DNA of 64,000 nucleotides from a bacterium (GCA_965240335.1 CBDEKM010000008.1:311072-375071); one strand, 5' to 3'; counted from the first letter of the stretch, positions 1-10,546 are shown. Notes: generated by a model from the letters alone, not told the origin. Numbers and translations are program-made.

Positions 1-670
1 CCAGGATCCGAGTGCCTTCGTCGATGGAGTAGTCTTTCAGTATCACCTGTTCGATGCGCGCCTGGTCCACCTCAAGCAGGTCCTTCTCGATCCAGTCGCC
101 GAAACGGGACGACACGTCCACGTCGAACCGCGCCGCGTAGGTCCGCTTCTGACCCGGCACCCGGATATAGCGGTACTTGCCCTCGCGTCCGGGCACGTTC
201 TCACCGACAATGAGATCGGCGAGCAGGTTGTCGTTCCCGTCCTTGATCGTAACGCGCATGCCGCGACCGGCCAGGGAGGCGACGGATTCGTCCAGCGGGT
301 CCACCACACCCAGGGCCTCATGGTCCAGGGCGACCTCGGCGACCACGTCGTCCTTGCGAACCTCGATGAGTCCGGCGGCGGTACGGGCCAGCCGGTCTTT
401 GTCATCGGCGGGGTAATTGTGGTGGGAAGGGATGCGCCAGCGCGTACCGTTGAACACCACGTTGAAAGCGTCGATGCGCCCGGTTACTTCGTCGAAGTCG
501 ATGACCTCGAGGGAGACCGCGTCGTTCGGATCGGTGAATTCGGGAAAGAAAACCTCGCCGCGGTCCGAAAACGCCTCCGGCGCAGGGTCGGCCGGGGCCG
601 TCAGAAAGGCGGCGACGGTCACCATTGCCGCCGCGGCGACATAGGCCAGGGTCTTGCGCGTTTCATCCAT
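1..670 (-). CDS. DUF4340-like protein (partner of GldG-type ABC systems); 3' end cut by window edge
   Basis: Manual minus-strand translation from ATG 668-670 (MDETRKTLAYVAAAAMVTVAAFL...) stays open to position 1 with strong GC3 bias. N-terminal hydrophobic anchor. Start lies 2 nt after the stop of the upstream GldG-like gene, the usual DUF4340 position. Absent from the ORF track because it is edge-truncated. Confidence 0.45.
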   Translation of the reverse strand, partial: MDETRKTLAYVAAAAMVTVAAFLTAPADPAPEAFSDRGEVFFPEFTDPNDAVSLEVIDFDEVTGRIDAFNVVFNGTRWRIPSHHNYPADDKDRLARTAAGLIEVRKDDVVAEVALDHEALGVVDPLDESVASLAGRGMRVTIKDGNDNLLADLIVGENVPGREGKYRYIRVPGQKRTYAARFDVDVSSRFGDWIEKDLLEVDQARIEQVILKDYSIDEGTRIL

Positions 671-672
671 AG

Positions 673-3333
673 TCAACTCCTCAACCGCCGCGCGGCCGCG
701 GTCGCCTCGTTCTCCCGCCGCCTGCGCCGGACGAAGATGAAAACGCCGAGGAGGAAGACCGGCACCGGCGGAAGCAGTGCGGCCAGATTCTTGATGGAGT
801 TCTGGATCAGGCGGATCTGGCTTTCCATCATCTCCTTGCTGTCCTGGATCCTGGCTTCCTTATCGGCCTCGATGTTGGTCTTCAGCGTCTCGAACCGCCG
901 GTTCTCGACTTCCTCCAGGTTGCGTACCATGATTCCACGGGTCTGTTCGTCCAGGTCGGTCCGTTGCCGGACCTCGTCCACGCGGGCCGTGAGGCGGCGG
1001 CGGGCCTGGTCCAGGGCCGCCTGCGCTTCCTGCTCGGCATCATCCTCGTCCTTGACCCGTTGCTGCGTGTACGCCAGGGTCTGCCTTTCGACGGTCTCGA
1101 GCGTCCGGTAACGCACCCGCTTGCTGCGCAGGGCGATGAAGGACTCGTCCCCGACCAGCACGTCCATGACGTTCAGGAAGAAGGTGACGTTGTCGAAACT
1201 GAATCCCCCGGCACCCAGTCGGCGGATGTCGAAGAACTGCTGCGAAGCGAAATCCACGTCGGCCACGACGATCAGGTTCACCGCTGCGGTTTCCCCCGTG
1301 ACGTGGGCCGCCATGGTGTAGGCGTTCTGGCTCGCGCGCCGCGGTACGTTGGAAAGGGACAGTTGCCAACCGCCGAAGAAGTTTCGATGAACGATCTGGG
1401 AATAGGCGGTCAGTCCGGACACCTCCCCGCTTTGCACCAGCGGCGAAAAGGTGAAATCGCCGGATCCGCTGGGCTGCAACCGGCCCGGGAAGATGAAGAC
1501 GAGTTCCTGCAGTGACGCGGTGCTGACGGCTTCCTGGTTGAAAGTGTCCGGATTCTCATTGCCCGGTGAGGCGAAGACCACCTCCGGTGGGAGATGGGCC
1601 ATGCCCGGATGGGGATTGTAGCGATCCCATACGATCAACCCGGAATTCCATTCTACGCCGAATCCCCGCAGCATGCCCTGGATGTCGCCTTTCGGTATCG
1701 GGGGCGGTTGCTGGTTTCCCGCGAAGGGATTGGCGCCAGCGCCCGGCTGCTCTGAGGGGGCAAGGGGCAGGTTGAAGGACGGCAGCGGGTCTGTCAGGAT
1801 GAGCGAAGGGTTACCCACCGCGATATAATCCGCAAGCCGGTCCATTTCCGGCTGGGGCAGGGTGTTGGGCAGGGCGACCAGGAGTACGTCCAGGTCATCG
1901 GGGTATTCTTCCTGGGGCTGCACCTGCACCACGTCGTACTGCTTGCGCAGTTCTTCGGTCATGGCCCAGGGCTGACGGCTCTGCATCGTGTTGAAATCAA
2001 ATCCACCGAAGAGCTGCACTTTGGTGGCGAGTATGCCGAGTTTAGCCCGGTCCGCGCGGGCGGCCACCCGCAGGCTGCGCACCAGTTCGTACTCGACCGA
2101 CAGCCCGGTATCCAGAAATTCTATCACCTGTTCCTCCGGACCGCAGGTGACGGCGATCCCGGCGAAGACATTCGTGAATCCCGATCGGGCGCTACGCAGG
2201 TCCGGCAGCTGCCTCGGCGCTATGCCGAACCGCTCCCGGGCCTCCCGGGCCTCGGGAGAGTACATCTCCGTGGCCTGGATCCGAACCTGGACCCGGCTGC
2301 CTCCCACGGCGTCCAGTTCCTTGAGCACGTCGATCAGGCTCGACCGGGTCTGTATGTAGGATTCCGGGACCTCGGGACTCACGAAGGCCTGGATGAACAC
2401 GGGACGCTCCGGGTCCAGTTCCGCCAGCATCTGCACGGTCTCGTTCGAGAGCGAATGCAGCCCTTCGGCGGTCACGTCCAGGCGGACGCCCGTCCGGCCC
2501 AGGATGGCGTTCAACCCGATAATAGCCACGACCAGCGCCGCCGCCCGTACGCCATGATGGATCCCTGTGCCGAAGCCCCCGGCCCGCGCAGGCCAGTGTC
2601 GTCGGCTGATCAGCACCACGTTGAGAAACAGCATCAGGCCCGTGACGGAGACGAAATGAATCAGGCCGGAGAAACTGACGACGCCGCGTGCAAAATCGTC
2701 GAAGGCGTTGAAGAGCCCCAGGGGCGAGAGCAGGTTCCGCAGCCCCTCGCTGATGCCGCCCGTAATGGGACCGACAAGCACGAAAACGCTACAGAAAAGC
2801 GCGCCCAGGATGAAGGCGATGGTCACGTGCGAGGTCAGCAGGGACGCCAGCATGCCGACGGAGACGAGGGCGGCGCCGGCGAGCCAGTAACCCAGGTAAT
2901 TGCCCGCCATGAGACCGAGGTCGGGGCTGCCGAGAAACATGAGGACCAGCACGTGGGTCAGAGACAGCAGCAGCGAGGCCGTGTAGACACCCAGTACTGC
3001 GAGGTACTTGCCCAGGACGATTTCCAGATCGGTCGCCGGAAGTGTTAGTAGCAGTTCATCCGTTCCCTGCCGGGCTTCATCGGCCCACACGCCCATGGTC
3101 AGGGCCGGTATGAAGAAAAGCAGCAGGTAAGGGAATACGGCGTTCAACTGGTCGAGGTTCGCCAGGTTGTTCAGGAAGAACTGGACCTGCCAGAATGCGG
3201 CGGCGGCGCTGAGGAAGATGAACAGGGTGACGAAGACGTATCCCGAGGGATTGCTGAAGGCCAGGCGCATGTCCCTGCGGACGATGGCCGCGATCACCTT
3301 GCCGTTGAGCCGGTTGACGGGACCGAGGTTCAT
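673..3333 (-). CDS. ABC-2 family permease (GldF-like) fused to GldG-like ABC auxiliary component; C-terminal coiled coil plus TM anchor
   Basis: 886 aa. N-terminal ~250 aa has 6 hydrophobic segments typical of ABC-2 permeases. The remainder matches the GldG-type periplasmic domain, ending in a coiled-coil segment and a terminal TM (PVPVFLLGVFIFVRRRRR). Overlaps the ATPase gene by 4 nt. Confidence 0.7.
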   Translation of the reverse strand: MNLGPVNRLNGKVIAAIVRRDMRLAFSNPSGYVFVTLFIFLSAAAAFWQVQFFLNNLANLDQLNAVFPYLLLFFIPALTMGVWADEARQGTDELLLTLPATDLEIVLGKYLAVLGVYTASLLLSLTHVLVLMFLGSPDLGLMAGNYLGYWLAGAALVSVGMLASLLTSHVTIAFILGALFCSVFVLVGPITGGISEGLRNLLSPLGLFNAFDDFARGVVSFSGLIHFVSVTGLMLFLNVVLISRRHWPARAGGFGTGIHHGVRAAALVVAIIGLNAILGRTGVRLDVTAEGLHSLSNETVQMLAELDPERPVFIQAFVSPEVPESYIQTRSSLIDVLKELDAVGGSRVQVRIQATEMYSPEAREARERFGIAPRQLPDLRSARSGFTNVFAGIAVTCGPEEQVIEFLDTGLSVEYELVRSLRVAARADRAKLGILATKVQLFGGFDFNTMQSRQPWAMTEELRKQYDVVQVQPQEEYPDDLDVLLVALPNTLPQPEMDRLADYIAVGNPSLILTDPLPSFNLPLAPSEQPGAGANPFAGNQQPPPIPKGDIQGMLRGFGVEWNSGLIVWDRYNPHPGMAHLPPEVVFASPGNENPDTFNQEAVSTASLQELVFIFPGRLQPSGSGDFTFSPLVQSGEVSGLTAYSQIVHRNFFGGWQLSLSNVPRRASQNAYTMAAHVTGETAAVNLIVVADVDFASQQFFDIRRLGAGGFSFDNVTFFLNVMDVLVGDESFIALRSKRVRYRTLETVERQTLAYTQQRVKDEDDAEQEAQAALDQARRRLTARVDEVRQRTDLDEQTRGIMVRNLEEVENRRFETLKTNIEADKEARIQDSKEMMESQIRLIQNSIKNLAALLPPVPVFLLGVFIFVRRRRRENEATAAARRLRS

Positions 3334-4100
3334 TCGCCTGTCTCCCCGGCGGCTGCCTCCGCGTTCCCCGATTCCCCAACGTCCGCTCCCGTGCGTCCGT
3401 GCCCGGTCAACGCGTAGAACGATTCTTCCAGCGTGCCGTCCCGGCGCAGCACCTCCGGCGTGCCGTCGAAGACCAGCCTGCCTTCGTTGATCAGGAGCAC
3501 GCGGTCGGCAATTACGTCCACTTCATGCAGGATGTGCGTGGAAAGGAGTACGGTCTTGGTCTGCCCGAGCAATCGGATGTCCTGCCGGAAATCCCGTATC
3601 TGGTTGGGATCCAGGCCGGCGGTCGGTTCGTCCATGATGAGTACGTCGGGGTCGTGGAGCAGGGCCTGTGCCAGGCCGACACGCTGCTTGTTGCCCCGGG
3701 ACAGTTTATCGATGGGTTTTTCAAGGGCCTGATCCAGGCTGCACCGGTCGATGACGTAGTCCAGGCGATTCGCCAGCAGGCCGGAATCCAGTCCCCGGAC
3801 CTCACCGAAGAACCGCAGGAGTTCCAGCGGCGTCATGTTCTGGTAAAGCGGACCGTTTTCGGGCAGGTAACCCAGGTGCCGCGACATGGCGAGACGGTCC
3901 CGCCTGACATCCAACCCGGCGATGGCCGCACTTCCCGCGCTTGCGCCCAGGTAGCCACTGAGGATCTTCATCGTCGTGGACTTTCCCGCGCCGTTAGGAC
4001 CCAGGAACGCCACGATCTGGCGGTCGGGTATTTCGAAGGAGATATCTTGCACGGCGACAAAGGAGCCGTAGTACTTGCATAGCCCCTTTGCTTCGATCAT
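3330..4100 (-). CDS. ABC transporter ATP-binding protein (GldA-like)
   Basis: Walker A GPNGAGKST, ABC signature LSRGNKQRV, Walker B LIMDEPTAGLD. Start set to the conserved MIEAKGLCKYYG N-terminus (ATG at 4098-4100) rather than the longer upstream ORF extension. Confidence 0.85.
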   Translation of the reverse strand: MIEAKGLCKYYGSFVAVQDISFEIPDRQIVAFLGPNGAGKSTTMKILSGYLGASAGSAAIAGLDVRRDRLAMSRHLGYLPENGPLYQNMTPLELLRFFGEVRGLDSGLLANRLDYVIDRCSLDQALEKPIDKLSRGNKQRVGLAQALLHDPDVLIMDEPTAGLDPNQIRDFRQDIRLLGQTKTVLLSTHILHEVDVIADRVLLINEGRLVFDGTPEVLRRDGTLEESFYALTGHGRTGADVGESGNAEAAAGETGE

Positions 4101-4262
4101 TACTTTGTCGGACACCCTTTTTACCACTCCTGTTTTGGCATGAAATCCAGATGTCCGCGTCCAATGGGCGCACGTTTGGACTTTCGTTCGTTTTCGCGGG
4201 GTCGAATGATAAACAGGGCGCTGAATCGTGTCAAGTTCAGAATGCACGAAGACGCGAATCTC

Positions 4263-4312
4263 TTGACATACGGCTTGATTAATCATATCATAAATTACTG
4301 ATTAATCAATAA
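4263..4312 (+). promoter_or_regulatory. Sigma70-like promoter (TTGACA-17-TATCAT) overlapped by two copies of the palindrome TGATTAATCA in an array of GATAAT-like hexamers; Fur-box-like operator
   Basis: TTGACA at 4263-4268, 17-nt spacer, TATCAT at 4286-4291. Palindromes at 4275-4285 and 4299-4309 within tGATTAATcATATcATAAATtActGATTAATcAATAAAT, which resembles Fur-box hexamer arrays. Sits upstream of the small peptide / lipoprotein / TonB-receptor operon. Confidence 0.4.
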
Positions 4313-4365
4313 ATAACAGATATATGTCAATGAATCCATGGCGGAACTCCGGTTCAACCTTTCCC

Positions 4366-4641
4366 ATGAAATTCCTCTCGCTGTCCTGCGTGCTCGTCTA
4401 CGCCCTGCTCTCCGCCGGCCCGGCGCTTCACTGCCATGGCCTCGAGGCGAGCACCGGTCATGAAGACCACTGCCAGGGATGCCAGTATACCTTCGCATCC
4501 TCCACGGTTTCCGACAAATCGACCGCGCCGGTTCCGGCCGACGACACATTCGGTACCATAGTCGCCGGTTTCGAACGGTGTTTTTCCCGGTCCCAAACCG
4601 GAATCCTCGGCAGCCGCGCTCCTCCTCCCGAAGCATCCTGA
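4366..4641 (+). CDS. Small secreted Cys/His-rich protein (91 aa), function unknown
   Basis: MKFLSLSCVLVYALLSAGPALHC... has a signal-peptide-like N-terminus. Mature part is His/Cys-rich (HCHG, HEDHCQGCQY). Codon third positions are strongly G/C as in neighbouring genes. An in-frame upstream ATG at 4324 is an alternative start. Confidence 0.4.
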   Translation: MKFLSLSCVLVYALLSAGPALHCHGLEASTGHEDHCQGCQYTFASSTVSDKSTAPVPADDTFGTIVAGFERCFSRSQTGILGSRAPPPEAS

Positions 4642-4868
4642 TAACGCGCTTGCGCGCGCCGATCAAGAAGTATTTTCCCGGTAAACCCGGATCCGCACTC
4701 AAATTTCGGGTTCCCAACGGCCCGGGCCGTACCATTCAGATTTCTCCAAGCCTGGTGATCCCGGCCTGCATATCCTGGCCAACCCAATGCGGTCCATGCA
4801 TCATCGAACAGGTCATTCGACGATGACATGACAACGAACGTCAACAGAGAAGCCAAGGAGCCCAGATC

Positions 4869-5498
4869 ATGTCGAAGCAACGCCTGCACATATTCGCAGT
4901 TTCGCTGTGCTTCACCGCCGCACTGGCCTTCGCCTGCGCCGACGACGAAGGCAGCCCCACAGGGCCCACGGATCCCACCGATCCCACGGATCCCACCGAT
5001 CCCACGGGACCGGGAGAGGAAGAACTCATTACGACCATCGTGATCACCCTGACTCCGACTACCGGGGGAGCGCCAATCATCGCACGGTTCGCTGATCTGG
5101 ATGGCGAGGGAGGCAACCCGCCGGAGGTCGACGAGATCACGGTGTCCAAGAATACCACGTACGACGGTAGTATTGAGGTACTCGACGAATCCGTAACACC
5201 GGCGGAGGACATCACCGAAGAAGTGAAGGAAGAGGCGGAGAATCACCAGTTCTTCTACGAACCCCAGGGCGGCATATCGGACGCGGTCATCACCTACCGG
5301 GACATGGAATCCGACTACGGAACCAACATTGGCGCCGATCATCCCGTCGGGGTGAATTTCCGCATCGAGATTCTTCAGGCCGCCACGGCCGGCAAGTTAA
5401 GGGTAACCCTCAGCCACTACGACGAGCGGCCGAAGGACGGTCAGAATCCGAGCGATGAAACGGATATAGACGTGACGTTCGACGTGATCGTTGAGTAA
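4869..5498 (+). CDS. Lipoprotein with (PTD)5 linker, unknown function, co-operonic with TonB-dependent receptor
   Basis: Signal peptide plus lipobox-like LAFAC|ADD. 9-bp tandem repeat encodes PTDPTDPTDPTDPT. Acidic beta-rich C-terminal domain. Stop overlaps the receptor start. Confidence 0.6.
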   Translation: MSKQRLHIFAVSLCFTAALAFACADDEGSPTGPTDPTDPTDPTDPTGPGEEELITTIVITLTPTTGGAPIIARFADLDGEGGNPPEVDEITVSKNTTYDGSIEVLDESVTPAEDITEEVKEEAENHQFFYEPQGGISDAVITYRDMESDYGTNIGADHPVGVNFRIEILQAATAGKLRVTLSHYDERPKDGQNPSDETDIDVTFDVIVE

Positions 5499-7821
5499 GT
5501 TCACATTGCTGGCGATACTACTGGCATTCGCGGGGCCGGTCCATGGGGCCACGGTTACCGGCAAGGTACTGAACGAGGAAAGCGTTCCACTGCCGTCGGT
5601 GACCGTCCTCCTGTCAGCCCTGGAGATCGGAACATTCACCGGCGATAACGGGCTGTTTACCCTGGAAAACGTACCCCCGGGGAGACACGGGATCGAATTC
5701 CGGTTCGTAGGGTACCGAACGATCACGACCGAAGTCATCGTTTCCGAATTTCGGCCAACCGTGCTCGAAGTAAGAATGGAACCGGAACCCCTCGTCGGCG
5801 AAGAGGTCGTCGTGACCGGTGAACGGAACCTGGCGGGTGAACTCACCGGCTCGAGCCAGTCCGTTCTCGTGCTGCCGCCGTCGGCCCTGGAGGAAAGACG
5901 GGGCCAGACGCTGGGGGAGACCCTGGAATCCTTGCCCGGCGTATCCGCGCTGACCACGGGACCGGCCGTATCGAAACCCGTGCTGCGCGGGGTCCACAGT
6001 GCCCGCGTGCTGGTGCTCAACGCCGGGGTTGCGCAGGAGGGCCAGCAGTGGGGTGGTGACCACGCCCCGGAGATCGATCCCTTTTCACCGGCCAGAATCG
6101 AGGTGCTCAAAGGCGCTGCGGGCGTACAGTACGGCGTTGGCGCCATCGGCGGTGTCATTCGCATCGAACCGCCCGAACTGCCCGAGAACCCCGGAATCGG
6201 CGGCAGGATCAACACGAATATGTTTTCCAATAATCGCCAGGGGGCCGGTTCCGCCCTCGTGCAGGGCGCGTTTCGCCGTCTCCGGGGGCTCAAATGGCGC
6301 GTGCAGGGCAGCCTCCGGCGTGCGGGGGACGCCCGCGCGCCTTCCCACGTCATCCGGAATACCGGGTTCGACGAGCGGAACTATTCCGCCGCCCTGGGCC
6401 TGACGACGGACTGGATGGACACCGAAGCCTATTTCAGCCATTTCGGTACGTGGATCGGTATCTTCAAGGGTTCCCACATCGGCAACACCACGGACCTCGA
6501 ACGAACGATCGCCCGGGGCGACCCGGACATCGTGGGGTCCTTTACCTACGACATCGACAATCCGCGGCAGCGGGTGGATCACGATCTGCTTTCACTCCGA
6601 TCCAGGATAGGATTGAAAGGCACAGGCAACCTGGAATTGCGTTACGGCCAGCAGTACAACCGGAGGGAGGAGTGGGACTCCCACACCCGGGGAGGCGGCA
6701 CGCCGGCCAGGCCCGGGTTCGCCCAGGGTCTGCAGACCCACAGCGGCGATATGATCTACCATCATCCAAATCTGGGACGGTGGTACGGCAAGATCGGCGT
6801 CAGCGGCATGCGCCAACGCAACAGGCGATTCAGCACGGGGTTCCTGATCCCCGATTTCCTGGCCTATAATCTTGGCGTATTCGCCCTGGAATCCTGGACG
6901 AACGGGAAGGTTACGTTGGAAACGGGCGCCAGGTACGATTACCGCTGGATGGAAATCTACCCGAATGAAAGCACACGGGCCTCCGAGCGTGTCGTGGGCC
7001 GAACGCATACATACAGCAACGTGACCGGCGTCGTGGGGCTGATCTACCAGTTGTCGCCGACCCTGGCCGCCGCCGCGAACGTGGGCCGGGCGTGGCGCCC
7101 GCCCGGGGTGAACGAGCTTTACAGCCACGGCGTACACCACGGGACGGCGCAGTTCGAGGTAGGCGATACGGATCTGGAGACCGAGTCGAGCGTGAACACG
7201 GACCTTACCCTGCGGTACCAGGGTGAGCACGGCCGTGGTGAATTAGGGTTTTTCAGGTCGCAGTACGACAACTACATTTCACTGCTGCCGGCGGACGATC
7301 TCGTATTGACAATCCGCGGCGCGTTTCCTAAATTCACCTACATACAAACCAATGCCGTAATACAGGGTGTGGACGGCTACCTCGAGTACGATCTCGCGCG
7401 GTACCTGGACGTATACCTGTCCGCGTCCCTCGTCCGGGGTCGAGACACCTCGAAAGACCGTCCCCTTTACCAGATGCCGTCTACCCGGCTGATTGCCGGG
7501 CTGGATTTCCACCTGCCCACCGCGGGGCGTCTGCTCGAAGCGGGTGTCGGATTCGAAGGCCGCTTCGTTATGCGGCAGAACAGTTTTCCCAGGGACATCG
7601 ACTACGTGGATCCCCCGGGCGGTTACAGCCTCTTCGATGTCCACATGCACGGGGAGTTCGCCGTGGCCGACCAACCGGTGCGGATGCAGTTCGGGGTTCA
7701 CAACCTGTTCAATAACCGGTACCGTGACTACCTGAGCCGGTTCCGGTATTTCATAGACAATCCAGGACGGAATGTCACGTTCAGCCTGTCCGTTCCCTTC
7801 GGGCAGCCGATGGAGGACTAA
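5491..7821 (+). CDS. TonB-dependent outer-membrane receptor with N-terminal carboxypeptidase-regulatory-like domain
   Basis: 776 aa. Signal peptide, CarbopepD_reg-like fold (TGKVLNEE...LPSVTVLL), plug region (EEVVVTGER), 22-strand-barrel-like body, terminal aromatic ...SLSVPF. TTG start overlapping the upstream gene. Confidence 0.85.
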   Translation: MSKFTLLAILLAFAGPVHGATVTGKVLNEESVPLPSVTVLLSALEIGTFTGDNGLFTLENVPPGRHGIEFRFVGYRTITTEVIVSEFRPTVLEVRMEPEPLVGEEVVVTGERNLAGELTGSSQSVLVLPPSALEERRGQTLGETLESLPGVSALTTGPAVSKPVLRGVHSARVLVLNAGVAQEGQQWGGDHAPEIDPFSPARIEVLKGAAGVQYGVGAIGGVIRIEPPELPENPGIGGRINTNMFSNNRQGAGSALVQGAFRRLRGLKWRVQGSLRRAGDARAPSHVIRNTGFDERNYSAALGLTTDWMDTEAYFSHFGTWIGIFKGSHIGNTTDLERTIARGDPDIVGSFTYDIDNPRQRVDHDLLSLRSRIGLKGTGNLELRYGQQYNRREEWDSHTRGGGTPARPGFAQGLQTHSGDMIYHHPNLGRWYGKIGVSGMRQRNRRFSTGFLIPDFLAYNLGVFALESWTNGKVTLETGARYDYRWMEIYPNESTRASERVVGRTHTYSNVTGVVGLIYQLSPTLAAAANVGRAWRPPGVNELYSHGVHHGTAQFEVGDTDLETESSVNTDLTLRYQGEHGRGELGFFRSQYDNYISLLPADDLVLTIRGAFPKFTYIQTNAVIQGVDGYLEYDLARYLDVYLSASLVRGRDTSKDRPLYQMPSTRLIAGLDFHLPTAGRLLEAGVGFEGRFVMRQNSFPRDIDYVDPPGGYSLFDVHMHGEFAVADQPVRMQFGVHNLFNNRYRDYLSRFRYFIDNPGRNVTFSLSVPFGQPMED

Positions 7822-7826
7822 ACATA

Positions 7827-10091
7827 ATGTATAGTTGTCGCGTGATTCTGCGCGTCGTAGCCGCATGCTGTGTCACGGCTTTGCTGGCCGGCATGGCTGG
7901 CGGCACCGCTTCGGCGCAGGATCGGGAACTGGTCCCCCTGCGCATTCTGGAATCGCTGCACATGGACGGGGTGCTGGACGAGGATATTTGGCAGAACGCC
8001 CTGGCGGCCTCCGGTTTCACCCAGCAGCGTCCCGACGAGGGACAGCCGGCGTCCGAGCGGACGGAGGTGCGGGTCCTGTACAACGAACAGACCCTGTACA
8101 TCGGTTTGTGGGCCTACGATTCGGACCCCGCCCAGATCATCGCCACCCAGATGGCCCGGGACGGCGACCTGGCCGACGATGATTACTTCCAGGTCATCCT
8201 GGATACCTACCTGGACCGTCAGAACGGCATTCTCTTCGCCACCAACCCCGACGGCGCCCGCTACGATGCCCAGGTGCGTAACGAAGGCCGGTCCGAGGGC
8301 CGCTTCAATACCAACGTCCTGACGGACTGGAACGGCGTATGGGACGTGTACACCTCCCGGAACGAAGCGGGGTGGTACGCCGAGATGGCCATCCCCTGGA
8401 GCACGCTGCGATTCGAAGCCGGCGATGACGTGGACTTCGGGTTGAACCTGGAGCGCCAGGTCCGCCGCCGCAACGAGCAGTCCTTCTGGGCGCCGGTCAT
8501 CCGGCCCTTCAGCATATCCCAGGTGTCGGTGGCCGGGACCCTGTCGGGCATGAACCTTACGAAACACGCCCACCGCTACCTTCAGATCACGCCCTATTCC
8601 CTGGGCGGCGCCACGTGGACTTTCCAACCCGGCACGACCAAGCGGGACGATGATTTTGACGGCGGGGTGGACGTCAAGTACGGACTGTCCCAGAACCTGT
8701 CCCTCGACCTGACCTATAACACCGATTTCTCCCAGGTTGAAGTGGACGACGCGCAGGTCAACCTCACCCAGTTCAACCTGTTTTTCCCGGAAAAGCGCTC
8801 CTTCTTCCTGGAGAACGCCGGCCTGTTTCGCTTCGGCGTGGCCCGGGAGACGGAATTGTTCTACAGCCGCAACATCGGTCTGGCGCGCGATGGGTCCGGA
8901 ACGCTGAGACAGGTGCCGATTACCGGCGGCGGCCGTATGACGGGCAAGGCCGGGAGAACCAATCTCGGCCTGCTGCTCATGCGCACCGGCGACCAGCAAT
9001 TCGGCGACTTCAAGATCGACAACAACATCTATGCCGTGGCGCGATTAAGCCGGGACGTGGGCGAGAAATCGAATATCGGCCTCATTATGACCAACCAGCG
9101 GATCGGCGGTGGCGATTACAACCAGGCGGGCGGCGCCGATTTAAACCTGGCGATCGGTCCGAAGCTGGCCGTCAGCGGTTTCCTGGCCGGGACCAGGTAC
9201 CAGGAAGGCGAGAACAGCGAATCGGGTTTCGCGGGACGGCTTTGGTCGCGGTGGAACGGTCCGCTGTGGCAGTTCGAGGGGCTCTACATGGGCGTGTCCG
9301 AGTTCTTCAATCCCGGCATGGGTTTCTTCAGCCGACGGAGCCTGGCCCGGAATTTCGGCGGATTTCACGAGGTTTCCGCCCGCGCGTTTTTTACCCCCGA
9401 ACCCGACAACAGTATCGTTCGGAGGTATTTCCCCCACATCGTGCTGGGCGCGACTTTCGGAGACGACGGCACGCAGCTGACCCGAAGGGAACACTACCAT
9501 TTCGAGACTGTTCTTCACGGGGGGTGAACAGGCGGGGATCACCCTGGACCGCGCCTTCCGGCGAATCAGCGAGGACACGCGGCCCATCCTGGGCGTCAAG
9601 CTTCCCGCGGGCAACTACACGGACGCGTCTTCGCGCATGCATTTCACGACGAACCTGAGCAAACCCCTGTCCGCCGACTTTCGAACTCATTCGTGGGCCA
9701 GTACATAAACGGCGACCGGCGCTCGCTGAGTCTCGGGGGCGGATTACGCACCGGTTCGAAGTTCACGATCGGTCCCCGGTACGAGTTGAACGACGTGACG
9801 CTCACCGACGCCGGCCAATATGAAGCGGGAGGTCACCGCCCATCATCTTCGGGGTCAGGACGAGCTATTCCTTCTCGCCGGACCTGTCGCTCCGCGCGCT
9901 GGTGCAGTGGGACACCCAGCAGGACCGGTTCGTTTCGAACTTCCGGTTCAACTATATCATCAACCCCGGGAGCAACCTCTTCGTCGTGTACAACGAGACG
10001 GCGGGACAACGGGGAGATGACGGACACCCTGCTCGGCGATCCGCTGGACCGTACCCTGGTGGTCAAGCTGGCCTACCTGTTCGACCTGTAG
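7827..10091 (+). pseudogene. DUF5916 / CBM9-like outer-membrane protein gene, disrupted by at least 4 frameshifts in its last 600 bp
   Basis: Intact for 566 codons (7827-9527). The protein then continues in frame +1 after a G6 run at 9519-9524 (QAGITLDRAFRRISEDTRPILGVKLPAGNYTDASS...), back in frame 0 (GQYINGDRRSLSLGGGLRTGSKFTIGPRYELNDVTLTDAGQYEAGG), frame +2 (VQWDTQQDRFVSNFRFNYIINPGSNLFVVYNETAGQRGDDG), and frame 0 again (EMTDTLLGDPLDRTLVVKLAYLFDL*). Each segment is clearly protein-like. Confidence 0.55.
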
Positions 10092-10098
10092 GAGTCTC

Positions 10099-10458
10099 AT
10101 GAACGTACTCGGCGGCACACTCATGGGATGTTCGACCGATCCCCTGACCGGGTTCTACCGCGACGGCGCATGCAATACCGGGTCGGGCGACGCCGGTGTG
10201 CACGCGGTCTGTACGGTAATGACCGAAGCGTTCCTCGTCTTTTCCAAAGAAACCGGGAACGATCTCAGCACGCCCGTGCCCGCCTTCGGCTTCGAGGGAC
10301 TCAAACCCGGCGACCGCTGGTGCATCTGCGTAAACCGCTGGAAAGAGGCCTACGACGCGGGCGTGGCCCCACCGGTGGTAATGAGCGCCACCCACCTCAT
10401 GGCACTGGAATTCGTGTCGCTGGACGAACTGAAGGCCTGCGCGATGGACGAGGCGTAG
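10099..10458 (+). CDS. DUF2237 family protein
   Basis: 119 aa with the family's conserved motifs TGFYRDGxCNTG, GxHxVC, GNDLSTP, LKPGDRWCxC. Confidence 0.7.
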   Translation: MNVLGGTLMGCSTDPLTGFYRDGACNTGSGDAGVHAVCTVMTEAFLVFSKETGNDLSTPVPAFGFEGLKPGDRWCICVNRWKEAYDAGVAPPVVMSATHLMALEFVSLDELKACAMDEA

Positions 10459-10546
10459 GCAGAGTCCCGCGAACCGCTTGAGTCGGCGCGCGGGTTGTCT
10501 CGAGATTGGGCGCAGGTAATGATGTAAGTGGTTTTGATTTATTTTC

